Below the pieces are notes generated by a model. The model saw nothing but the letters and a program-made list of their open reading frames with translations. It was not told where the DNA came from and did no database searches. From contig CBFIJH010000002.1 of assembly GCA_965662895.1 (NCBI GenBank), positions 128,001-192,000 of the forward strand: DNA of 64,000 bases, given 5' to 3'. The stretch's first letter is position 1. Every line of letters begins with the position of its first letter. The position numbers were made by a program, and so were the translations under genes. Of the stretch, positions 10,235-19,857 are shown one piece after another. Origin of the DNA: Candidatus Poseidoniaceae archaeon (GTDB lineage: Archaea > Thermoplasmatota > Poseidoniia > Poseidoniales > Poseidoniaceae).

Positions 10235-12907
10235 ATGAGTAGTGATGGCGTCTCCGAAGAACGAGTAAACATAGAACCGTACATTGAGCGATGGAAAGAA
10301 TCCGGTCTCGGCGAATTAATGTTTGAAAATCTAAACATAAACTCAGTTTCAGACTTGGAGCGTCTACAAGCAACCGTCGAATCAATAATTTCCCTCATCC
10401 AAAGACTCCAGCCTTTCATTGCTTCAGAGAAAATCCAACAAATGCGCCATGATTTGAACGAAATCAAGAATCTTGAAGATGTCAGTCACCAATTCCATGC
10501 TTGGACATCCACTCACGCTCCATGGGAGGAAGGTTACTTCCGATACTACCAAAATTGGTCAGAGCAGAACGAAACGAGGGCACAGTATTGGAACATCATT
10601 GCCATATGTGCAACGCTTGATGAATCGAGTTGGCCATCGTTGAATCTTTTCCTTCCACTTTTCTCAAACCCAGAGAACCATTCTGAAATTATGATTCAAC
10701 TGGAAAAGCTGGTGGACGATGAACAGCGTCAACGCCTTCTTCTCGAAAAAGCAGTTTCTCAACTCAACGACAAAGGATTTACCGTCGAATTCGAAACAAC
10801 GAAAATCATCGATCAATTCAACGAGGTGGAAAAAATGCAAAACTTCTCTGCCCAAATCGCACTCCTTGAACTGGAAATACAATCCTCCATCTTACCGTAC
10901 GACCCGGTTCTTGCTGAAACTTTTACAAATCGGCTTGAAGAATGCATTAAGAATCCTTCAAATGATATTTCAACATTGGAAGAGAATGTGCAAACAATTT
11001 CCAAACATCTCAAATCACGATTGAATGATATGAACGCACTGCTCCAAAAATGGAGGTCAGAGGGCTATTCATTCGAAGAACGTTCCACAATTCCACCTGA
11101 AGAATTACTCGAGTGGGAGCATCTTTTACCTGAGATTGAACAGCAATATCACCGTCATGTGAATGCTTACCAACGCTGGGAAGAAATTGTAAAGTTGTGG
11201 GATATCGAAGATTCATCCATTGATCGTATTGCAGGAAGGTTGGAACACACAGACACCTTCCTAGAGAAGATTGATTCCTTAGAACAAGAGTGGACAAAAA
11301 ATGAATTGCAAGGGGCATCTCTTATTGAGCGATGGGAGCAACTTGGCTTTGAGATGGACATTTGGCGATACAAAATCACTCAGGATCCGCGCCAGGCGCT
11401 CGCTGAACTCAACCAACAAATTCCTTTCCTTGAACGAGCAAATGAGATTCTCGACAGGGTTCTTCATCTCGACACATCTCTTGGTGGTGAAGATGAGGTA
11501 GAACGTAGGACAGCAATTCTTCGAACATTGGAACTGGATGACGATCTACTCGATGAGATGGAAAACTGGATTGATAAAAAGACACTGCGAAATACGCGAC
11601 ATCGCCGTATGCTACAAAGTGAGTGGGAGAAGGCTGCAAGAGAAGGAAAAGTTGAGGCTGGTAAAACTTTTTCAGATCTTCATTCCTTTGAACAGGCGAT
11701 TGCTTCAATCGAACATCAATCACGATACAGTTTTGCGAGTAGCACGACTTCTCACGCCATAGAGCGGACCAAGGCCGAGCTTTTGCGTCTTGAAGAACGT
11801 GGTTGGAACATCACAGAATTGCTACAACTCCTCAATAAGCAACCCGATACCTTCTTTCAACAATTTCCAAAGGCAATGGAAGCCATGTCACGTATCGCAT
11901 CAACACAACGTCGAATTGCTAATCTCGACTGGCGACGTGATGTGAATCGTGCTGGGGAAATTACTCTACATGTTCGTAATCCATTACAATTGGTCAAAAT
12001 TGAACAACAAATTCCAGCATTCATCCGTCATCTTGCAGAACGAGATATCGAAGATGAAGATTACACATACACCACTTGGCTTCCTGAAAAGCGACCTATT
12101 CTCGTCCCTCGTGAACAATCACGAATACGAAAAGTGCCTGCAAAAGTCCAGCCTCAATCAACTCTTGAAGAGGCTCATGAAGCGATGCTTGAAGCGATGG
12201 ACTCCAAGTCATCGCCAGATGTTGAAGAGGTAGAAACGGTCCCGAACATTGAGGAAGCCCACAACGAAGCAACGCAAGAGGAGTGGCGGCCCCCGGATAC
12301 GAATCACTTGCACGATGATGGTGTGTCGGACGAGGACATCAAAACCATGGCAAAAGAAGAAGAACGTGTTGGAGTAGAGCCGAAAACAGTTGTTGCACCA
12401 GCATCTACCACAGGTGTCGAAGGTGATCTAACCCCCTATGAACGCCTTCTTCGTCATATCGGTTTATCGGAAGAGGCAGATATTCTCGCCGGTTCGAGAG
12501 ATGTTTCTGTTGTACGAAGAGCCTTAGCGTCGCATGTTGGCACTGAGCCTCGCGATGTTCGAGTCGATCGATTGCTTCGATTGATGTTGCGTCTTCTTCC
12601 TCAAGGTGACCTAGGAGATCGTGAACGATCAGAGTTAATTGACGCAATCAGCGAGGCCCTTCCAAAGTACAACCAATGGGTTCGAATGCGCCTCGAATCA
12701 AGGCATATGGGCGCATCTGGGACATTCTTTGAGGATGCGAACCGATTAGGTACAGCTTTGCATAGAGTACCTGGACCTGGCGTTCGTGTACCTCTCAATG
12801 CAGATACATATGTGCTTCCTGAACCATCGAATTTGAACGAATTACGCCAACAAACACAACGGTTAATCCAATCGATGAATCTTCCCGCTGCTGGTGGAAT
12901 CAACTAA
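10235..12907 (+). CDS. large helical/coiled-coil repeat protein
   Basis: 890 aa, E/L/Q-rich, recurring [W/L]xxxG[FYWL] turns. Confidence 0.75.
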   Translation: MSSDGVSEERVNIEPYIERWKESGLGELMFENLNINSVSDLERLQATVESIISLIQRLQPFIASEKIQQMRHDLNEIKNLEDVSHQFHAWTSTHAPWEEGYFRYYQNWSEQNETRAQYWNIIAICATLDESSWPSLNLFLPLFSNPENHSEIMIQLEKLVDDEQRQRLLLEKAVSQLNDKGFTVEFETTKIIDQFNEVEKMQNFSAQIALLELEIQSSILPYDPVLAETFTNRLEECIKNPSNDISTLEENVQTISKHLKSRLNDMNALLQKWRSEGYSFEERSTIPPEELLEWEHLLPEIEQQYHRHVNAYQRWEEIVKLWDIEDSSIDRIAGRLEHTDTFLEKIDSLEQEWTKNELQGASLIERWEQLGFEMDIWRYKITQDPRQALAELNQQIPFLERANEILDRVLHLDTSLGGEDEVERRTAILRTLELDDDLLDEMENWIDKKTLRNTRHRRMLQSEWEKAAREGKVEAGKTFSDLHSFEQAIASIEHQSRYSFASSTTSHAIERTKAELLRLEERGWNITELLQLLNKQPDTFFQQFPKAMEAMSRIASTQRRIANLDWRRDVNRAGEITLHVRNPLQLVKIEQQIPAFIRHLAERDIEDEDYTYTTWLPEKRPILVPREQSRIRKVPAKVQPQSTLEEAHEAMLEAMDSKSSPDVEEVETVPNIEEAHNEATQEEWRPPDTNHLHDDGVSDEDIKTMAKEEERVGVEPKTVVAPASTTGVEGDLTPYERLLRHIGLSEEADILAGSRDVSVVRRALASHVGTEPRDVRVDRLLRLMLRLLPQGDLGDRERSELIDAISEALPKYNQWVRMRLESRHMGASGTFFEDANRLGTALHRVPGPGVRVPLNADTYVLPEPSNLNELRQQTQRLIQSMNLPAAGGIN

Positions 12908-14032
12908 TCAGGACAATTCATCAAGAAGTGCATCTTGTTCTTCCTGCGAAATTGATGGTTCCTCGCTCGGTGTTGCTTGAACGGCAACCCGTGGGGCTTC
13001 AGGCATTGGCATGTTGAGTGGAACCGGCTGATTTATTCCAGGAGGACTTGATGGAAGCGGGGCAATTGGTGGCGGTAATGGCGCAGGCATCGCTGCGTTG
13101 ACGACAGGCGGTGGTACAGGACTTGGCGGACTTATTGGTGGTGCAAGTGGAGGTGGAAGTGGAGCGGGAACCGGTTCTGGAGGAACCGGTGCCGATACTG
13201 GTGGACCCATAGGTACTGGCATTTCCTGCATGGGAGTTTCATTGGCATCAAGCACTGCTTCTGGAGCGTTTGTTGCGTCAATCACCCCCGGTGTTTGCAA
13301 AGGAACAATTTCGACTGGTGCGACAGATTCGGTTAATTGTGGTGCAATCGGTTGCTCGATCGTTGGAACGATTGGAGACCGAAGTTGCTTGTGTAAGTTA
13401 TTTATTTCAGAAACATCAAAATGACCCATGCGCATGTAATCGGCCATTGTCGGACCAATCAACGCCATGCTTGCCCGGAATCCTGGAGTAAAGACATTCC
13501 AAGCCGACAATTCAATTTCATGAGAATTGCCGCAAGAGGAAAAGATAAGTCGGTGCTTTGCCAAATGTGCTGGAAGAAATTTCAATCCAACAAAGAACAA
13601 ACCGAGTCCTAAAACAATAGGAGTCAGTCCTTGAATCATCATCAATAGAATTCCTGCAAGTACGAACCCTCCTGAAAGGCCGAATTCAATGGATGTAGGC
13701 TTCTCAATAATATGTTGAAATCCTGTTATCTCAGAGTCCATGACCAGCTGAACATCAATCCTCGGCCCATCTTGATGCAATGTTGTTTCTACGATTCGAA
13801 ATAAGCCATTCCCAACAACAATCGACGTAGAATTTGCACCATCTTTCGATTCGACCAACGGGAATTCTTCAACCTCTTCTTTGTTGTTGTGAAACAGCGG
13901 TTTTGCACGTATTGGAAGGGCAAGCGCATCCATCGTTTCAAATGGTTCAGCAGGAATTTCTTCGACTTCCTCTTGATGAACAGACTCTTCGTTTTCGCCA
14001 TCCACAACGAGCGGTTCGGCATGTTCTTCCAT
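12908..14032 (-). CDS. membrane protein with Pro-rich C-terminal region
   Basis: Acidic N-terminus, two TM helices, PPP-rich tail. Confidence 0.75.
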   Translation of the reverse strand: MEEHAEPLVVDGENEESVHQEEVEEIPAEPFETMDALALPIRAKPLFHNNKEEVEEFPLVESKDGANSTSIVVGNGLFRIVETTLHQDGPRIDVQLVMDSEITGFQHIIEKPTSIEFGLSGGFVLAGILLMMIQGLTPIVLGLGLFFVGLKFLPAHLAKHRLIFSSCGNSHEIELSAWNVFTPGFRASMALIGPTMADYMRMGHFDVSEINNLHKQLRSPIVPTIEQPIAPQLTESVAPVEIVPLQTPGVIDATNAPEAVLDANETPMQEMPVPMGPPVSAPVPPEPVPAPLPPPLAPPISPPSPVPPPVVNAAMPAPLPPPIAPLPSSPPGINQPVPLNMPMPEAPRVAVQATPSEEPSISQEEQDALLDELS

Positions 14033-14072
14033 GTTCTCACCTTAATGGAACAATAAAATCAAGGTAACGGAA

Positions 14073-15302
14073 TCATCGATGTGTTTCAGAAAACCATGAT
14101 TTTGCGCCACTTTTCACATCAAATCCTTTTCCGGGCTTGGTTCCAACAACCGTAGAAATGGATGCTTCTGCAGCAATTTCTTGGATTCGATCGCTGATTG
14201 GTCCATTGATAATCAGGGCCTGAACCCCCTCACTTGCCGCCGCAGACTTGGCTATTGATCCGGCGCCCATTTCTTCGCTTACAGTACCATCGGATAAGAC
14301 AAACATCGCCTTATTCCTTCCTAATCCATCTTGATGATCAAACATTTCTTGGATTTCGGCTGGCGCGATTTCAGACTCATAGACTTCGGACATTTCCTCA
14401 GCCCATTCATCATTCTTCCCGCCGTGTTTCTTTGCATCTTCCTCGTCTTGAGCCTTCATGGTCTTCGCAAATTTTGCTGCATCGACCTTCATCGAGAGGC
14501 ATTTTGTAATCGTCTTCTGAGGAAGGAGCTCCCACTCCTGTCCAACTGGTGCTTGTGCAACGAAGCCAATCTTCAAGATAGCGTTCAATTGCCTGAACAA
14601 CATTTCGCCGCCACGGTCACCGTCAATTGCAAGCGTAACGGATTGCTTTCCATTCGCTAAGTCAATCAACTCTTGTTTGATGTTCCCTGCACCATCTGCG
14701 CTGATAGCATTTTTCACACCACAGTTTAGCAAATTGATGACATCGTTCCGTCCTTCAACAATAATCAATGAGTCAGAACTTTCCACATTCGGGCCACAGG
14801 TCAAACCGTGAAAATTGGTAGCGGTTCCCACGGTCAAGACAGAGCGAACTTCCTCAACCACGGTTTTGCTTGCAGCTTCGCCAGAGTTGACCAAAGCGAG
14901 GAGCAACTCCTTTGCACGATCAACAACAGCGGTGCGTTTGGTTGCTCGAACGTCTGATATTTCAACGACTGAAATCTTTGCTTGACATGGGCCGATGCGG
15001 TCGATCGTTTCCAAGGCAGAACCAATAATTGCGGTTTCTACGTTATCCATGCTGCTTGGAATGAGGATCATTCCATGCACCTTTCCGCCTTTGGTTTCCA
15101 TTTCGACATCGACATGTCCCACACGTGCAGTACGCTGGAGTTTTCGAAGTTCGAGATCATCACCGAGTAATCCTTCCGTTTGTCCCATAATTGCACCGAT
15201 AATGTCCTTCCGCTGGACAGTACCGTTGACCTTGATATCGGCCTTTATCATGTACTTCATTGCTTTATTTTGTTTGTTTCCTGAGTTAGTTCTTCGACCC
15301 AT
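14073..15302 (-). CDS. dnaG: archaeal DnaG (TOPRIM; primase-like, exosome-associated)
   Basis: KY.IKA...G.V...DIIGAIMGQTEGLLG.DL.LR.LQ, LETIDRIGPC, IIVEGRNDV, DGDRGG; AGGAGG SD upstream of ATG 15302. Confidence 0.93.
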   Translation of the reverse strand: MGRRTNSGNKQNKAMKYMIKADIKVNGTVQRKDIIGAIMGQTEGLLGDDLELRKLQRTARVGHVDVEMETKGGKVHGMILIPSSMDNVETAIIGSALETIDRIGPCQAKISVVEISDVRATKRTAVVDRAKELLLALVNSGEAASKTVVEEVRSVLTVGTATNFHGLTCGPNVESSDSLIIVEGRNDVINLLNCGVKNAISADGAGNIKQELIDLANGKQSVTLAIDGDRGGEMLFRQLNAILKIGFVAQAPVGQEWELLPQKTITKCLSMKVDAAKFAKTMKAQDEEDAKKHGGKNDEWAEEMSEVYESEIAPAEIQEMFDHQDGLGRNKAMFVLSDGTVSEEMGAGSIAKSAAASEGVQALIINGPISDRIQEIAAEASISTVVGTKPGKGFDVKSGAKSWFSETHR

Positions 15303-15390
15303 ATGAGGTCCTCCTTTCGTCCTCCTCACAGTCGGTGCATCAACCCCAAAAGGGATGCAGTACAACGGTATGACGCAGTCGCCATACCAA
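15302..15390 (-). promoter_or_regulatory. structured 5' leader of dnaG (three hairpins, SD in a loop)
   Basis: Minus-strand stems GGTATGGCG/CGTCATACC (15367-15388), TGCATC/GATGCA (15336-15359) and TGTGAGG/CCTCATA (15302-15330). Confidence 0.5.
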
Positions 15391-15558
15391 GTGAATGTGA
15401 TTCAGCAGTTGTCCGTATATCCCGCCCCTTTTCAATGCATTGGAGAAAATCACCATGAATCTGTAGATTCTATTTCTGTATTCGAATTCTTAAAAAATCA
15501 TGAAAAAATGCAAAAATCGTCGCGTGGGTTCAAGAAGAGGTTCTTCTTACGTCAGCGC

Positions 15559-16044
15559 GTGTCCGCCGAGTCCGTTTACCGCCTCGCTGCGTTTCGTAGT
15601 ACAATCGAGGTGATGTTACTCGACGGCGTCCTCACTCGTGAAGAAAAGCGGTTGATTATCCGCTTATCTTCTATCCTCAATCTTGAACCACATCAACCTG
15701 CTGAGATTTATCAAGCAATTCTCAATAATGAAAAAACGGAAGATGGGGATGAACTTACAACCAAAGAGCAACATGAGATATACAAGACAGTTTTTGAGGT
15801 AGCAATCATCAATGCTTCACTATCAAAAGATGAGTTCCGAGTTATGGCTCACTTACGCGATATTTTCTCCATCGATGACCAAGAGCATGACCTCGTTGAG
15901 CGTGAATTGAAAGATATGGTCAAACAACGGTTTGAAGATCCTAATATGGTCGAAAAAACACTTACAACGCTTCGTGATTCGGTTCGAGTGGTTACGACTT
16001 TGTTCGATAATGTTCGGAAGAAGAACAACGGTGAAACGCAATGA
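15559..16044 (+). CDS. TerB-like helical protein
   Basis: Two TerB-type motifs, DGVLTREEKRLI and NASLSKDEFRVM; GTG start at 15559 inferred. Confidence 0.65.
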   Translation: MSAESVYRLAAFRSTIEVMLLDGVLTREEKRLIIRLSSILNLEPHQPAEIYQAILNNEKTEDGDELTTKEQHEIYKTVFEVAIINASLSKDEFRVMAHLRDIFSIDDQEHDLVERELKDMVKQRFEDPNMVEKTLTTLRDSVRVVTTLFDNVRKKNNGETQ

Positions 16045-16664
16045 GCACGCCCTCACTTGACGATTATCTGGCCGGTTTTTCCTCGTTCCCAAACCGTCGT
16101 AAAAAGCGAATGCTCCTGCTCCGAGAAGCCTACACATTTGGCGTTCCTGGGATGATAACAAAATCCATGACAGATCGCCTAGCGCAATCGGGCCATTATT
16201 CATTCCACATTGGAACCCCAGACCCTGAAATGAGGCGCATAGCATCTTGGTTGTTAACAAACGAAAAAGATCGAAAAAAGATTGCGAAATTTATCCCTCA
16301 GATTTGGAAGAGAGGGGGCCGAGAGGATCTGAAACTTGTTGGACTTCTCTTGGCGAATATGTCCGACGATGAGTTGGGTGAAAATGGTTGGACAATCTTT
16401 CTCCATCTCATCCAAAATCGCGTATCGGTTGAAGTCTTCCTTGAGACCGCTGAAGAATTTATTCGCGGAGGTCGCACATTGCCTGATGATGCTTGGATTC
16501 AAGAAGCAGCGGACCAGAGCGTTGTTTGGGCTCAATTGATGATTCTCCTCCTATCGCTTGATGAAAACCGCTGCATTCAACATGAACATCTTGTAAAAAA
16601 TACGCCACAAGGCGGTGAATTGTTTGAACGCATCCGCGACCGCCTTCTTGAACGACTATCTTGA
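16041..16664 (+). CDS. hypothetical protein, possibly AlkD-like helical repeat
   Basis: ATGA overlap with upstream gene; G.P.PEMRRIA...IW....RE...LL pattern resembles AlkD. Confidence 0.5.
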   Translation: MSTPSLDDYLAGFSSFPNRRKKRMLLLREAYTFGVPGMITKSMTDRLAQSGHYSFHIGTPDPEMRRIASWLLTNEKDRKKIAKFIPQIWKRGGREDLKLVGLLLANMSDDELGENGWTIFLHLIQNRVSVEVFLETAEEFIRGGRTLPDDAWIQEAADQSVVWAQLMILLLSLDENRCIQHEHLVKNTPQGGELFERIRDRLLERLS

Positions 16665-16689
16665 TGAGCCTCACAGTTCTGGTATCATC

Positions 16690-16899
16690 ATGGCTGAGCG
16701 TTTCCTCCCAACCGAGGATCCTGTACTTGAACAGGTTCTCACATGGACGGTCAAGAGAGATGCGAGAGACGTTCGCCGTCTTCTGGAGTGGTTGCCACAA
16801 GCCAGGTCAAAAAGAGAACGACAGGCACTCCTTGATCGTGTTCGAGATTTGCTCGATGAACTCGAACAGGCCATGTCCTCGCTTGATGATCTGGAGTGA
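16690..16899 (+). CDS. small helical hypothetical protein
   Basis: 69 aa MAERFLPTEDP...; GTGA overlap with the next gene. Confidence 0.7.
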   Translation: MAERFLPTEDPVLEQVLTWTVKRDARDVRRLLEWLPQARSKRERQALLDRVRDLLDELEQAMSSLDDLE

Positions 16900-17420
16900 A
16901 CGCTATGCCGCTTCTCTGCCTAATTCTTGCTGGTGGAAAGAGCGAACGTATGGGTCGTGACAAGGCTTTACTTTACGATTCTGTCAACGCACTTGCAGAG
17001 GAACTTGAAGCAAAAGGATGCAAAGTTGTGGTCGCTTGCGGAAGCGAAAATAGAGCACATCACTTTCATTCAACGTGCTGGCCTGACCCTGAGAATACCG
17101 AATCACTTGCTGAAATAATCAGGGCTTTTGCAGGAAAAAACAATGAAGAAATCCAATTATTTCCTTGCGATATGTATCGACTCGATTCTCGTGCAATCGA
17201 GACTGTTCTCGGCCAACCACCGGGAGTCCCTGTTGATGCTCAAAACAAGGAACAATTCACACTTGCCCGCATAGCAAAACATTGTCAATTACCAGAATCG
17301 AAGAGCTTACGCGACCTTTTTTCTAATTTTCAACGCAATGATATGAGCATTCTTGAAGATCGAATTGAGAATTTTAATCTTCCAAATCAAATCGATGCCC
17401 TGAACAAATCAAATCAATAA
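16896..17420 (+). CDS. mobA: MobA-like NTP transferase
   Basis: ILAGGKSERMGRDKALL, PCDM, NFN.P. Confidence 0.75.
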   Translation: MNAMPLLCLILAGGKSERMGRDKALLYDSVNALAEELEAKGCKVVVACGSENRAHHFHSTCWPDPENTESLAEIIRAFAGKNNEEIQLFPCDMYRLDSRAIETVLGQPPGVPVDAQNKEQFTLARIAKHCQLPESKSLRDLFSNFQRNDMSILEDRIENFNLPNQIDALNKSNQ

Positions 17421-18018
17421 TATGAGGATAAATTCGGTGTTCTTCAATTTGAACTCTTTTCGCTAATTGAGCACGTGTATCGGACGCAAAAACAGGTACG
17501 CGACGTTGAGCGAGAATCGGTCCTGAATCCATGCCTGCATCTACAATATGTACGGTACAACCACTAACTTGAACTCCTGATTTGAGAACATCCGTGTGTG
17601 CATCAGCCCCCGGAAATGCTGGAAGCAATGATGGATGAATGTTGACGATTCGAGGGTAATATCGCTCAACAAATTCCTTTGAAAGAAGGCGCATGTATCC
17701 GGATAGGACAATGAGGTCAACTTCAAACGAGTCAAGATGCGCTTGAATTCTCGCTTCATGTTCATGCCGTCGTTCTTCTTTCGGTTGCTCTATATCAACG
17801 GTTTCAACAAAAGTTGGAACATTGTGATGATGTGCGTGCTCAATTCCACCAGCGCCTTCTTTGTCTGTTATGCACAAAACGGTTTCATGAAGACAATCGG
17901 TTTGTTTTTGATGCGTCAATAATGCATTCAAACCGGTTCCGGACCCAGAGAAAAACACAGCAATCCGAATTGGATTGGACGAATTGGGTGTTTTGGTTAG
18001 CACCCGAGCCCCCGCCAT
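17374..18018 (-). CDS. purN: phosphoribosylglycinamide formyltransferase
   Basis: SGSGTGL, LSGYMRLL, NIHPSLLPAFPG, GCTVH.V..GMDSGPI. Confidence 0.95.
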   Translation of the reverse strand: MAGARVLTKTPNSSNPIRIAVFFSGSGTGLNALLTHQKQTDCLHETVLCITDKEGAGGIEHAHHHNVPTFVETVDIEQPKEERRHEHEARIQAHLDSFEVDLIVLSGYMRLLSKEFVERYYPRIVNIHPSLLPAFPGADAHTDVLKSGVQVSGCTVHIVDAGMDSGPILAQRRVPVFASDTRAQLAKRVQIEEHRIYPHIIDLICSGHRFDLED

Positions 18019-18121
18019 GATTCGACGAATGCACACTGGATTTCAGTCCTTTGGCTCGTACTGGGCTCACCCCTATTCCTTATGAGTGACGTTCCTTAGG
18101 CTTGGTTGAGGAAGTGCGGTA

Positions 18122-18625
18122 ATGGAGGGTACATCATCCAGCCAAATCAACCCACTAGGCTTCGAAGGCTTGCCCGATGAGGAAATACTTGAGCGCATTC
18201 TTGACATGCATAAACCATCAAAAAACCCTGTCGTGCGTTGGCTTTGGACAAGCCTTGGCAGTGTTTTTGTTGTATTTGCAGCAATCGGAACAGTCGTTCC
18301 GGGTTGGCCAACGACGTCATGGCTCGTGGCAGCCGGATTTTGCTTTGGACGTTCTTCACGTCGAATGTTTCGCTGGCTACTAACGAACAAAATATTCGGA
18401 AGCGCTTTGCTTGATTATTACAAAGCAGGGCGAGCCTTGCCACTTCACTCGAAGATTGTTATCATAGGGATTATTTCGGTCGTTTCTGCCTTTTCGATTT
18501 ACGTTGTCACAAAACTTGGCGATCCGGGTTTTGGTCAAGCGACAATTGCAATTGTTGCACTGATCGGAATCTGGTTCGTTGGGTGGAAGGTTCCAACTGT
18601 ACATCTTCAAGTACAGCCGAATTAG
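18122..18625 (+). CDS. YbaN/DUF454 family membrane protein
   Basis: G.VVPGWPTT..L..A..CF.RSS.R...WLL....FG. Confidence 0.85.
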   Translation: MEGTSSSQINPLGFEGLPDEEILERILDMHKPSKNPVVRWLWTSLGSVFVVFAAIGTVVPGWPTTSWLVAAGFCFGRSSRRMFRWLLTNKIFGSALLDYYKAGRALPLHSKIVIIGIISVVSAFSIYVVTKLGDPGFGQATIAIVALIGIWFVGWKVPTVHLQVQPN

Positions 18626-19803
18626 AGTTCTTTCAGATGTGAAGCCAAGCGATTTGCTATTGATGTTCCCACGTCACTGCACGAAGCGGTTCCTCCTAAA
18701 TCATAGGTGAGCGAGGTTCCATCCTTCAGATGTTCAGCGACACTTCGATCAAGGATTTTTGACACGTTCAGCAAATCATCATCATTGGAACGTCGGGCAA
18801 GCCAGTCCAACATCATTTGAATAGAATTGATACTCGCGATTGGGTTGACTTTGTTTTGGCCAGCGTGTTTCGGTGCCGATCCATGAACGGGTTCGAAGAA
18901 CGCATGGTCGTCACCAATGTTTCCCGATGCAGCCATCCCCATACCACCTTGCAGAACCGAAGCCAAATCGGTAGCAATGTCACCGAACATGTTGGAGGTG
19001 ACAACTACGTCGTAAAATTCAGGCGTACGCGTCAGCCATTGGGTGAATGCGTCGATGTATCCGTAATCTTTCTCAACGTGCTGATATGAATTGGCAATGT
19101 TGTCGAAACTTCTTCGGAACAATTGACAACCTCGTGTAACGTTGCTCTTGTCGATGCAAGAAACACGAGAGACCCCATCAACAGGAGCACCGCTTCTCGT
19201 ATCACAGATATCGAAACCCATTTTGATAAGGCGTTCAGACCCATGTGAAGAGATTGGCCTCGGGTCGTAAGCAACTTCACCATGCAAACCAGGGAAATCG
19301 ATTTCTGGAGGCTCGTATCCTTCGAGACCCTTAGCTCGCTGAGCACTACGATGTAGAAGTGAATGATAGAGCCCTTCAGTGTTCTCTCGAAGGATAACCA
19401 TGTTGACCATGTCTGGATCCCAAATGTTGGTAAATCGACCATGGACCTTGTGCGGTACGCCCTCATACAATCGAATTGGTCGGACGTTTGCATAGAGGTC
19501 AAGACCACTTCGCATACCCAAGATCACGGATCCGCCTGCAAGGTCACCATTCGGCAATCTTGCACCTGGATAGCCAATAGCTCCCATGAAAATTGCATCT
19601 GCATCATCTCGACAGAATTCGAACGAACCTTCTGCCCATTCTTCACCCGTTGCCTGGTAATGTTGCCCTCCACAAGGAATCACGGTTTGTTCGAATCCGT
19701 GATTTGTATGTTCTTGGATGGTATCCAAAATACGCTGGGCTTCGACCGCTACTTCCTTCCCTGTACCGTCGCCGGGAAGCACCGCAATGATGTGGTCGCT
19801 CAT
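18622..19803 (-). CDS. isocitrate/isopropylmalate dehydrogenase family protein
   Basis: PGDGTG.EV, YANVRP, RENTEGLY, DKSNV, NMFGDI.TD, FEPVHGSAP. Confidence 0.93.
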   Translation of the reverse strand: MSDHIIAVLPGDGTGKEVAVEAQRILDTIQEHTNHGFEQTVIPCGGQHYQATGEEWAEGSFEFCRDDADAIFMGAIGYPGARLPNGDLAGGSVILGMRSGLDLYANVRPIRLYEGVPHKVHGRFTNIWDPDMVNMVILRENTEGLYHSLLHRSAQRAKGLEGYEPPEIDFPGLHGEVAYDPRPISSHGSERLIKMGFDICDTRSGAPVDGVSRVSCIDKSNVTRGCQLFRRSFDNIANSYQHVEKDYGYIDAFTQWLTRTPEFYDVVVTSNMFGDIATDLASVLQGGMGMAASGNIGDDHAFFEPVHGSAPKHAGQNKVNPIASINSIQMMLDWLARRSNDDDLLNVSKILDRSVAEHLKDGTSLTYDLGGTASCSDVGTSIANRLASHLKEL

Positions 19804-19857
19804 GGTTGCTCGATATGGCAATACTACATGAATGAGACCCATTTCTCACCTGATGCA

